From NCBI GenBank assembly GCA_964366795.1, contig CAYIUX010000002.1, forward strand, positions 1 to 36,271: 36,271 bases of DNA. Direction: 5' to 3'. The position numbers and the translations under genes are program-made. Source of the stretch: an uncultured Gammaproteobacteria bacterium. GTDB lineage: Bacteria; Patescibacteriota; Microgenomatia; PFEM01; CAYIUX01. Under the pieces are notes generated by a model that was not told where the DNA came from, ran no database searches, and saw only the letters and a program-made list of their open reading frames with translations. Shown one piece after another: positions 17,763 through 25,689 of the stretch (positions are counted from its first letter, which is position 1; every line of letters starts with the position of its first letter).

Positions 17763-19406
17763 AATCAACCCTGCCAAACCAGACCAGGAAATTAAAGAAA
17801 TCAGATTGGAAACCGTTCTTATTGGGGTGTTGGTAAAACGAGCTAAAACCTGGTAATCCCCTGCGGGGAGAGAAAATTTTATTTTGCCGTTATTTAAAGT
17901 GAAGTCTTTTTCCTTCCCGTTCACCCATACCTTCCACCCAGGAAAATAAGCGGTATTTACTAAAACTTCGCTCTCGTTTTGGGCAACTACATTAAAAGTA
18001 TATCGATGGGATTTTAAGATAAGGTCTTTAGTTTCGGCTTCACCTGTCATTACCGCCACTTTCTCCCAAGCAACTTCATTTCTGTTTTGGGGTGTAGGAA
18101 AATCCCTTGGCAAATATTCATCGGAAATCTTAGAAGTCTTCCATTTAATATTTTCTTCGCTGGTGTAATCTTTGGCGGAAACATTAAGATACATTTGGGG
18201 ATTAAAATACTTACTATTTAAAACTATCAGGGCAAGGACAATTATTCCCCCTCCAATCCATAATAATCTTGATTTCTTCTGAAACCACAAAATTGCTGCT
18301 CCAGCCATAAATGAGGCCGCCAGAGCAGTAAAAACCAAAAACCGCCAGGGATATTGGATAAAAGCCATTGGGGGAATTACATCCCAGAGGAGGAAAGATA
18401 GCTGATTGGTGAGAAAGACAGAAAACAGAAAACAGAAAACAGAAAGGAAAATGGCAAAGCTCTGTTTTCTATATTTTTTCCAGAGGAAAAGACCTGTAAA
18501 AACTGAAAAAGCAGTAAAAATAATATGAAGCTTGCCAATCATAAAAGATATTCCATCAAGCCGACCCGGAGCTGAACCACCAAATCCCCAGGGACTTGCC
18601 CAAAGTTGGTCAAGAAAAACAAAGTGGTCGCGAAAATCCGCCCCACCACCAAGTTGACCAAAAACTTTAGTTAAATTCATCTCAAATAGCGCTGGTAGCC
18701 AGTAGAAAGCGCTCAGTCCAAGACTGAGAATTAAGAATTTAGAATTAAGAATTAAGAATTGCTTTTTGCTTTTCGAGAAAACAAACAAAATTAATGCGAC
18801 CAAAAGAATAAATGGCGTGGTCATCAACACAGTGAGATTATGAGAAAGAATAATGCCAGCAAAACCCAAAGCGCCAACAATTACTCCCCACCATTTCTTC
18901 CTGAATAGTTTATAAATCCCTAAAAATACCAAGGGTAAAAATGCCATTGCCCAAAATTCCCCAACCGCTCCCCGAACGTAAACGTCAATCGCATGATAAG
19001 GAGCATAAGCATAAAATAACCCAGAAATCACTCCTCCAAATTCTCCCCAAAACTCCCGAGCCAAAAAATACATAAATACTCCAGAAAGGATAATGCCAAA
19101 ACCAAACATTAACTTGGTCGCCATCAAAACATTAAAGCCCATCAAATTAAAAACTGCTCCCACATAATAAGCCAAGGGAGCATAAAAATTAAAAATTGGA
19201 TAACCGAAACCATAGCCTAAATCCCCAACCCAACGGACTGGAAATTGACCATCTTTTAGGGCTTGAGCCATTTGTTGAACCCTAACCACTTGAGTATTAT
19301 CATGCATCGGGAAAAAACCAGGATGGAAAAGCGGTTTAATCGCCCACCAAGAGCCCAAAAGAATAAAGAATAGAGAATAAAGAATAAAGAATTTATTGCT
19401 TTTCAT
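17721..19406 (-). CDS. HD-loop polytopic membrane protein, GT-C-like (PTPS-related membrane protein family-like), paralogue 1
   Basis: ORF 17721..19436. Preferred start is ATG 19406 (MKSNKFFILYSLFFILLGSWW), a 14-nt overlap with the upstream stop at 19393. Loop FFPMHDNTQVVRVQQMAQALKDGQFPVRWVGDLGYGFGYPIFNFYAPLAYY. C-terminal YFPGWKVWVNGKEK module followed by a final TM helix. Family name from memory, uncertain. Confidence 0.6.
   Translation of the reverse strand: MKSNKFFILYSLFFILLGSWWAIKPLFHPGFFPMHDNTQVVRVQQMAQALKDGQFPVRWVGDLGYGFGYPIFNFYAPLAYYVGAVFNLMGFNVLMATKLMFGFGIILSGVFMYFLAREFWGEFGGVISGLFYAYAPYHAIDVYVRGAVGEFWAMAFLPLVFLGIYKLFRKKWWGVIVGALGFAGIILSHNLTVLMTTPFILLVALILFVFSKSKKQFLILNSKFLILSLGLSAFYWLPALFEMNLTKVFGQLGGGADFRDHFVFLDQLWASPWGFGGSAPGRLDGISFMIGKLHIIFTAFSVFTGLFLWKKYRKQSFAIFLSVFCFLFSVFLTNQLSFLLWDVIPPMAFIQYPWRFLVFTALAASFMAGAAILWFQKKSRLLWIGGGIIVLALIVLNSKYFNPQMYLNVSAKDYTSEENIKWKTSKISDEYLPRDFPTPQNRNEVAWEKVAVMTGEAETKDLILKSHRYTFNVVAQNESEVLVNTAYFPGWKVWVNGKEKDFTLNNGKIKFSLPAGDYQVLARFTNTPIRTVSNLISLISWSGLAGLILLNRRRFKFGGAP
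18419..18446. repeat. Heptanucleotide tandem tract CAGAAAA x3 + CAGAAAG
   Basis: Read directly. Encodes LSVFCFLFSV in HD-loop protein 1. Confidence 0.8.
18728..18762. repeat. Heptanucleotide tandem tract GAATTAA GAATTTA GAATTAA GAATTAA (+ GAATTGC)
   Basis: Read directly. Encodes QFLILNSKFLIL in HD-loop protein 1. Confidence 0.8.
19361..19395. repeat. Heptanucleotide tandem tract GAATAAA GAATAGA GAATAAA GAATAAA GAATTTA
   Basis: Read directly. Covers codons 5-15 of HD-loop protein 1 (KFFILYSLFFIL). Its last unit contains the TAA stop (19393..19395) of HD-loop protein 2. Confidence 0.8.
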
Positions 19407-21045
19407 TCTTATATTTCCTGATAAATATCCCTCCAACTACTAATAAACTTCCTAAGGAAATTATATCAGCTAAAAGACGAACTGGCGTTTCTCCAAATTC
19501 AACTAAAACATGGTGTTTGCCAGGCATTATTTCTAGTCTTATCAGTCCTTGTTTGTTATCGTACCGCAGGGGAATTCTCTGACCATCTACTTTTGCCTGC
19601 CAGCCAGGAAAATAAACAGTATTTACTTGAATTTCTGATTCAGCTTCGGCCTCAGCGGCAAACTGAATTTGTTTGGCGTTTTCAAAAACCGGTCCGAGTT
19701 TTACCTCACCAGCGACAACTTCCAGACGACTAGCCGGTCTAGCAGTTGGTTTTTCTTTAACCCAAATCGGCATTAGCTCATCATGAGAAGTGGTTGTTGC
19801 CTCGTTAGTCAAATAATAATCATCCGGTCTGTCAATTAAAGAAATTGGCCGAGCATATTGAAGGTTAAATAAAACTGCTAGCACCAGCAAAAGAATCGCC
19901 AGATAAACAGACCGTCTAGCCTTACTTAAATATCCCAAACCTAAGGCCAAAAAAAACGCCGCCGGTCCTAAAAGCCGCCAGGGAAAATCAATTTCCGAAA
20001 AAAGCGGCATTTTTTGCCAAAACGGCAAAGATAAAGGAGTCATCAAAAAGACCAAAATTGACAAAGAAACTAAACAAAATTTAAAAACTAACTCAGCAAA
20101 ACCGCCAGCCTTCGGACGGTCTTTCCGCCAAAAAATCAAAGCCACCAACAATCCCAGTAAATGAACCCATCCCAGTTGAAATGAAAAAGCATCTTCGGTA
20201 CTGGGCGAGCCGTACCCCCAACCAGGCAAGATCAGTTGTTTTAAACCGACAAAATGCTTGGTAATATCTGCCAGGGGCTCTTGGGAAAGAGCAATCAGAT
20301 TTTTTTCTATTAAAGCTGGCAACAGAAAAAAAGCCGACAAACCAAAACCCAAGGTCAACAGCAGCCCGAAGCGAAACCGGCGCCGGCGAAAAAACAGGCA
20401 GAAAACGATTAAAAAGGGAGTAAAAAGTAAAGCGGCAACATTATGAGTCAAAATTAAGCCGGCAAAAAGTAAAGCTCCCCAACTAACCCACAAATTGTTA
20501 CCGCGGGCGATTTTGATTAAAGCCAAAAAAAGCAGAGGGAAAAAAACAAAAGCCAGCGATTCACCTAAAGAACCGCGAACATATAAATCAACCAGCCGGA
20601 ATGGGGCATATAAATAAAAAATCGCCGCGATTAAACCGCCCAAAGCCCCAAAAATTTCTTTCCCCAGCCAAAACATCGCCAAACCAGAAAAAATAACGCT
20701 CAAGATAAAAAGAATTTTAATTGACCCAACCAAACCAAAACCAACTAAGTTAAACGCTTCACCTAAATAATAAGGCAGGGGGTAGGTAAACAAAAACAGA
20801 GGGTAACCATAGGAAAAATTCAGATTTCCTGCCCAGCGAACCGGGAAATGGCCGCTTAAAAACGCCCGGTGCATCGCTCCTAACCTAACCACTGCCCATT
20901 CGCCGTCATGAGTGGGAAAATAGCCAAGATGAAAAAAGGGTAAAATCAATGGCAAAGATAAAATAAAAATCAGAAGAACAAGAAAAAGATTAATTACTTT
21001 TTTATAATTCTTTTTCTTCCAAATACTTGGCTTCCTCGTTAACAT
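19393..21045 (-). CDS. HD-loop polytopic membrane protein, GT-C-like (PTPS-related membrane protein family-like), paralogue 2
   Basis: 550-aa ORF. Loop YFPTHDGEWAVVRLGAMHRAFLSGHFPVRWAGNLNFSYGYPLFLFTYPLPYY. C-terminal YFPGWQAKVDGQRI module plus a terminal TM helix. The only ATG (21045) gives a 44-nt overlap with the upstream gene. Confidence 0.6.
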   Translation of the reverse strand: MLTRKPSIWKKKNYKKVINLFLVLLIFILSLPLILPFFHLGYFPTHDGEWAVVRLGAMHRAFLSGHFPVRWAGNLNFSYGYPLFLFTYPLPYYLGEAFNLVGFGLVGSIKILFILSVIFSGLAMFWLGKEIFGALGGLIAAIFYLYAPFRLVDLYVRGSLGESLAFVFFPLLFLALIKIARGNNLWVSWGALLFAGLILTHNVAALLFTPFLIVFCLFFRRRRFRFGLLLTLGFGLSAFFLLPALIEKNLIALSQEPLADITKHFVGLKQLILPGWGYGSPSTEDAFSFQLGWVHLLGLLVALIFWRKDRPKAGGFAELVFKFCLVSLSILVFLMTPLSLPFWQKMPLFSEIDFPWRLLGPAAFFLALGLGYLSKARRSVYLAILLLVLAVLFNLQYARPISLIDRPDDYYLTNEATTTSHDELMPIWVKEKPTARPASRLEVVAGEVKLGPVFENAKQIQFAAEAEAESEIQVNTVYFPGWQAKVDGQRIPLRYDNKQGLIRLEIMPGKHHVLVEFGETPVRLLADIISLGSLLVVGGIFIRKYKNEKQ

Positions 21046-22432
21046 TTTCTATATTATAAATCATTTTCCCAACCAAAATATTTCTCGCCGCTAGCAAACC
21101 AGTGTAAACCGCATGGTCCATGTTGTTATAGCGGAACATCCCGTTCCGGCCAATCAGTTGTAAATTGGGAAAGTTTTCTTTCAGGAATTTTTTAATTTCC
21201 CCCAAAGGCTCACGGTACTGTAAATCATATTTCGGGTAGGCTTTGTTAACTTTAAACACATACCCCTTGATGATATCTGCCTTTTTAGTTTGGGGCGAGA
21301 AATATTTAATAAAATCAGAAATCGTCAGGTCAATTAATCCTTTATCACTTATTTTTTCTAAATCATCCCCTTTTTGATAAGGATATTCAAAAGCTAATGA
21401 AGTTTTTCCTTTTGGTGACATCGCTGGTGACCAATTGTTGGTTTCTAAAAATCGAAAAAACTTAATCTTTGGCGGATGAACGTAAACCCAAGTAAAATGA
21501 GTTAAGCGCGGTTTGTTTGCCAACAAAACAACGATTTTTTGGTGAATATAATTCAGTTTTTCGGTCGCCTGAAGAATTTTTTGAGGTGCCTTTGGCTCAA
21601 TCATTTTAACCAGTTCATCTATCGGAATACTGGAGACCAAGAGGTCTGCCCCAAAATCTCCCTGATTGGTAATAACGTTGCAACCAAATTTGGTTTTCTT
21701 GATTTTGTTAATTACAACTTCGTTTTTAATTTTGCCCCCATTTTTTTGAATTCTAGCTGCCAAATTCTGGGCAATCCGACCAATTCCAAGTTTAGGAAAG
21801 TGGAAGTGGGGTGTAAGCGAAACTACTTTTCCGCCAAAACCTAGAGTATTTCTAATGATTGTGGTTACCGAAAGGTCTCGGGTTCTTTGCTGAACAAAAT
21901 CGGCTGACATCGTCTCGCAGCCCCCTTTTCCCCATAATTTTTCGTTGAATTCCTCGTTGAACCATTTATATAAAGCATAGCCGAAGCGGTTTATATAAGC
22001 ATCTTTCATATTAACAATCTTTCTAGGAAAGAGTTTGTTGGCAATTCTTGTCCAACCGTAAGTTCCAAGCATGGCGATCATTTTTAGCGGGTCAATTTTT
22101 TTGACAATATCACTTATTTCAAACGGATATTTATAAAATTTCCCAAATTGGTACATGGGAGTATTTTTTTCCACCCAAATCATCTCTTTACTCATCAGCT
22201 CGTCCATCCACTCGTTTAGCTCATCGTTTTTAGTAAACCAGCGGTGAGGAGCTAAATCAAAAAGAAAACCGTCTTTTTTAAAAGTAGTTGCCAAACCACC
22301 AATGAAAGGATTTTTTTCCAAAATCACCATTTCAAGCTTGTTCTTTCCTTTTCTTAAAATTTCATCAGCACAAGCCAAACCCGACAAACCTGCCCCCAAA
22401 ATCACCACCTTTTGCTTCTTTGTTTTATTCAT
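21002..22432 (-). CDS. FAD-dependent oxidoreductase, amine-oxidase / UDP-galactopyranose-mutase-like fold
   Basis: ORF 21002..22480. Preferred start is ATG 22432 (MNKTKKQKVVILGAGLSGLACA), giving an ATGAATAA 8-nt overlap with the upstream stop at 22425. Has a GxGxxG dinucleotide fold, VILEKNPFIGGLA, and C-terminal LIGRNGMFRYNNMDHAVYTGLLAA, reminiscent of the GR..Y.Y.DM tail of Glf. It is the only soluble non-transferase enzyme in the window. Confidence 0.65.
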   Translation of the reverse strand: MNKTKKQKVVILGAGLSGLACADEILRKGKNKLEMVILEKNPFIGGLATTFKKDGFLFDLAPHRWFTKNDELNEWMDELMSKEMIWVEKNTPMYQFGKFYKYPFEISDIVKKIDPLKMIAMLGTYGWTRIANKLFPRKIVNMKDAYINRFGYALYKWFNEEFNEKLWGKGGCETMSADFVQQRTRDLSVTTIIRNTLGFGGKVVSLTPHFHFPKLGIGRIAQNLAARIQKNGGKIKNEVVINKIKKTKFGCNVITNQGDFGADLLVSSIPIDELVKMIEPKAPQKILQATEKLNYIHQKIVVLLANKPRLTHFTWVYVHPPKIKFFRFLETNNWSPAMSPKGKTSLAFEYPYQKGDDLEKISDKGLIDLTISDFIKYFSPQTKKADIIKGYVFKVNKAYPKYDLQYREPLGEIKKFLKENFPNLQLIGRNGMFRYNNMDHAVYTGLLAARNILVGKMIYNIENVNEEAKYLEEKEL

Positions 22433-24017
22433 TTTTTCCTTCCCCTGGATAAATTCGGAAGGCAACCGTGCCATCTTCACGATAAATTAGCAAAGCATCT
22501 TGGCTAGTAAACGGCTCTTCTCCACAGACACCACTGGCAACGCTTAAAAACTTAACCCCTTGGTTGTCAAAAACATATTGAGGACAATCTTGGGGCAAAA
22601 ATATCAGTTTTCCAAAGCCGCCATAATCTTTGTCTTTCGGCGAACCTTGATCCTGATACCAACGCGGGTCAATTTTTTGAAAAAAGAGAAAATGCATATA
22701 AGTTCCTCCTTGAGTTTTGGAAACAAGAATTTTATCGTAATTTAAAGCTAATTTATCAACCGCTAAAACCATTTCCTTAAACCCATTAAACCGATACCAG
22801 GGTCGATGAAAGCGACTGTGGACAAAATATTGGTGCAAAAAATAACCAAAATTCCAAATAAACATGAGAGACAAGACTGAAGCTAATAAACAACAAGTTT
22901 TCAATTTCAAACCATGTTTTGCCAGAACAACACATTGCCATAAACCATAACTAGTAATTGTTATCAATGCCGGCAACATCACTAAAGAGCGTTGAACATT
23001 AGGGACATCATCCCGTGTTATCGCCGCCACTGTCGGTCCCAATATTAGCCAGATTAGCGGTAACCAAAAAAGTCGATTCTTGAATCCATTTTTAATCAAT
23101 AAGTATGTTCCAATAAGTAAAAATGGCAATTCAATCAAATACATCAAACCCATATTGGGAATCCGGTACCAAGCAGGCAATCCCCCTTCTAAAAAAAGAA
23201 AATTCAAAGAAAAATAACTAAAATATTCTTTCAAATATCCCAACCCATAGTTAATCACTTTATTGTGAAATAGGCGAACTAACAAAATGGGTAATTTAGT
23301 CGCTCCGTCTTCGCGCAACTGTTCTTCTAAAACCAGACGAATTTCTGGGAAATGGAAAATGCTAATCTGCTGAAACCGACTTGTCCCTACTCCGGTTCCA
23401 AATACTAAAAATAACGAAAGAAAAATAATAATTAGAACCGGAAAATAAGAACGCTTGCGCTGCAAAAAACTAAGAACAATGACCAACAACGGGACAAAAA
23501 TTCTTGAGGAATGGTAGAAAAACAAACTGGCAGCAAAAAATAAAGTCGCCCAAAAAAGCTGTCGTCGATGAATACCGTTACTCCTAATATAAAAGGCTGT
23601 CCCCAAAATAATAAAAAATAAAGCCACAATCGTTTCCGCACTAGCCCGAGAAATCACTAAATGCCAGGGAGAAATCGTTAGTAAACCAGCGGCAATTAAA
23701 GCTGGCAAGTTTTTATTAAAAATCGCTTTCAATAACAAGAATATCGCCACTGGAGTTAAAGCACCCAATAAAGCCGAGGGAAAACGGGTAGCAAATTCAT
23801 TTAAACCAAAAATTTTAATTGGGAGAATATCCAAATATTGATATCCGGCAGGACGATTATCCCCAAACATATCAATATGTAAAGGCAAGAACTGACCGTT
23901 TTCATCCCTAGCCGTTTTGAGCAAAGAATAAGCATTATAACCTAAAGAAGCTTCATCGATATGGAAACCAACCGGATATTGATCCAATTGCCAAAACCGC
24001 AAAACTATTGCTAACAA
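22425..24017 (-). CDS. GT39 (ArnT/PMT-like) GT-C membrane glycosyltransferase; minimum extent (TTG 24017), probably initiating further upstream at 24050
   Basis: 530-aa ORF from TTG. Motifs FHIDEASLGYNAYSLLKTARDENG, TISPWHLVISRASAE, C-terminal RFNGFKEMV...FLFFQKIDP. The frame stays open upstream (..IKHKFILFLILLLAIVLRFW) without any ATG. See the finding on the non-canonical start. Confidence 0.8.
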   Translation of the reverse strand: MLAIVLRFWQLDQYPVGFHIDEASLGYNAYSLLKTARDENGQFLPLHIDMFGDNRPAGYQYLDILPIKIFGLNEFATRFPSALLGALTPVAIFLLLKAIFNKNLPALIAAGLLTISPWHLVISRASAETIVALFFIILGTAFYIRSNGIHRRQLFWATLFFAASLFFYHSSRIFVPLLVIVLSFLQRKRSYFPVLIIIFLSLFLVFGTGVGTSRFQQISIFHFPEIRLVLEEQLREDGATKLPILLVRLFHNKVINYGLGYLKEYFSYFSLNFLFLEGGLPAWYRIPNMGLMYLIELPFLLIGTYLLIKNGFKNRLFWLPLIWLILGPTVAAITRDDVPNVQRSLVMLPALITITSYGLWQCVVLAKHGLKLKTCCLLASVLSLMFIWNFGYFLHQYFVHSRFHRPWYRFNGFKEMVLAVDKLALNYDKILVSKTQGGTYMHFLFFQKIDPRWYQDQGSPKDKDYGGFGKLIFLPQDCPQYVFDNQGVKFLSVASGVCGEEPFTSQDALLIYREDGTVAFRIYPGEGKNE

Positions 24018-24045
24018 TAAGATAAGAAATAAAATGAATTTATGT

Positions 24046-25689
24046 TTAATATTGCTCCTTCCTATATACTACACGGAAAGCTTCTGTACCATCTTCCCTT
24101 AAAATAACAGTTTCCCTATATCTGGTGTCACTTTTACAGCTTCCCCTGTTAACATAGATAATCCGGTCTGCTTCCGGTAATTTCTTGCTTTTTTCCAAAG
24201 AAGGACAATCGAAAGATACAAAGAAAAACTTTCCAAATCCCATATATTCTCTGTCTTTCGGTGAACCTTCTTCTTGATATACCCCTGGATCATACTGCAT
24301 ATAGAATTGTATCAATGGGTATATTCCTCCCATAGATTTTGTGATAACTATCTTGTCATAGGTATCATAGGATTTTTTTACTGTAAGTATCATCTCCTTA
24401 AATCCATTGTATCGATACCATGGTCGATATACTTTTGCATGGATAAAATATTGATGAAGAAAGTAAACAGTATTAAGGAGTAATAGTAATGTCGTAAAAC
24501 CCATTATGATTAATCTTCTCTGTTTTATAATATTGGAAAATACATATACTAATCCGAAAGCGGCGATTATTTCAAGGATTGGAAACATCACTAAGGCTCT
24601 CTGCAAATTATTTACATCTATGCCAATTGCGGCTGTCGTCGGGGCAAGAATAAGCCATATCAACGGGATTTTATACAGCCTGTTCTTATGAAACGCAAGC
24701 AAAAGCACTCCGAAGACAACAAATGGAAGTTCAATAAGATACATTACCCCCATGCCTGGAACAAAATACCATGGCGGTAGTCCTTTCATGAATAAAAAAT
24801 TCCAGGAAAAGTATTCAAGATAATTAGACAGGTATGCAAGGGAATAATTGACCACTTTATTGTGAAAAAAACGAGTAGCGAGAACGGATGTCCCGCTTAT
24901 ACCATCTTCTTTTATTTGTTCTTCGATTACTAGTTTTGTTTCAGGATAGTTAAAAATATTTACTTGAGTGAACCTTCCAGTTCCGCCCGAGACTAGGAAA
25001 ACTAATACAAAATCAAGGAGTGAAAGTAAAAGAAATGAACAGATAAAGGCTTTCTTATAATGACTATGTACCTTTATTTTCCAAACCAGGAAAAAGAAAA
25101 CACCAACAGCTAAAAATAGTAAAGGAACAAATACCCGGGGAGTTTGATAAAAGAAAAAGCTTATAGAAAGGAGGATTGTTCCAAAAATAAGATGTCTGAC
25201 AGTTCGTTTTTTGAGACTCCAGAACAACAAGGAAAATCCCAGAATAATAAAAAATAAAGCAATAAGTGCTTCACTACTTGCTCTTGAAAGGTTTATATGC
25301 CAAGGGGAAATAGCAAGAAGCAATGCGCTCAATAAACTTATTTTTCTATCTTCAAAGATTGTATAGGCAAAAAAGTAACAAGCGAAAATCGAAAGAGCTC
25401 CGAAGAGTGCTCCCGGAAAACGAACAGCAAATTCAGTTAAACCAAGCAGGGCAATTGGTATTATTGTGATATAGTGATACCCTGCTGGGCTATTATCCCC
25501 AAATATGTCAATATATAAAGGAAAGGGATTATTATTGTCATCTCTTCCTGTCTTTAGTAATGAATAGGCACTGTATCCCTTAGAAGCCTCATCCATATGG
25601 AAACCAACCGGATATTCAGCCAGTTTATAAAAACGCAAAAAAAGAGCCAGAAATAAAATTAGAATCAAAATTGCCAAAGTTTTTTTCAT
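24046..25689 (-). CDS. GT39 (ArnT/PMT-like) GT-C membrane glycosyltransferase, tandem paralogue of 22425..24017
   Basis: 547-aa ORF. N-terminus MKKTLAILILILFLALFLRFYKLAEYPVGFHMDEASKGYSAYSLLKTGRDDNN, AISPWHINLSRASSE, C-terminal RYNGFKEMI...IQFYMQYDP. ATGA overlap with the upstream stop at 25686. Confidence 0.85.
   Translation of the reverse strand: MKKTLAILILILFLALFLRFYKLAEYPVGFHMDEASKGYSAYSLLKTGRDDNNNPFPLYIDIFGDNSPAGYHYITIIPIALLGLTEFAVRFPGALFGALSIFACYFFAYTIFEDRKISLLSALLLAISPWHINLSRASSEALIALFFIILGFSLLFWSLKKRTVRHLIFGTILLSISFFFYQTPRVFVPLLFLAVGVFFFLVWKIKVHSHYKKAFICSFLLLSLLDFVLVFLVSGGTGRFTQVNIFNYPETKLVIEEQIKEDGISGTSVLATRFFHNKVVNYSLAYLSNYLEYFSWNFLFMKGLPPWYFVPGMGVMYLIELPFVVFGVLLLAFHKNRLYKIPLIWLILAPTTAAIGIDVNNLQRALVMFPILEIIAAFGLVYVFSNIIKQRRLIIMGFTTLLLLLNTVYFLHQYFIHAKVYRPWYRYNGFKEMILTVKKSYDTYDKIVITKSMGGIYPLIQFYMQYDPGVYQEEGSPKDREYMGFGKFFFVSFDCPSLEKSKKLPEADRIIYVNRGSCKSDTRYRETVILREDGTEAFRVVYRKEQY
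24055..24060 (-). promoter_or_regulatory. AAGGAG Shine-Dalgarno-like hexamer upstream of the start-less GT39 paralogue
   Basis: The minus strand reads AAGGAGCAATATTAAACAT. The hexamer lies in the last codons (KEQY*) of 24046..25689, 4 nt upstream of the in-frame ATT at 24050..24048. Confidence 0.4.

Noticed and set aside
24046-25689. Impression that this GT39 paralogue is more AT-rich and uses different codons (AGG, ATA, GGA) than its neighbours, suggesting separate horizontal origin
   Set aside because: Hand counts on three 60-nt lines per gene gave roughly 35 versus 41 percent G+C. That difference is within line-to-line scatter (23-53 percent). Windowed GC and codon-adaptation calculations are needed before claiming anything.
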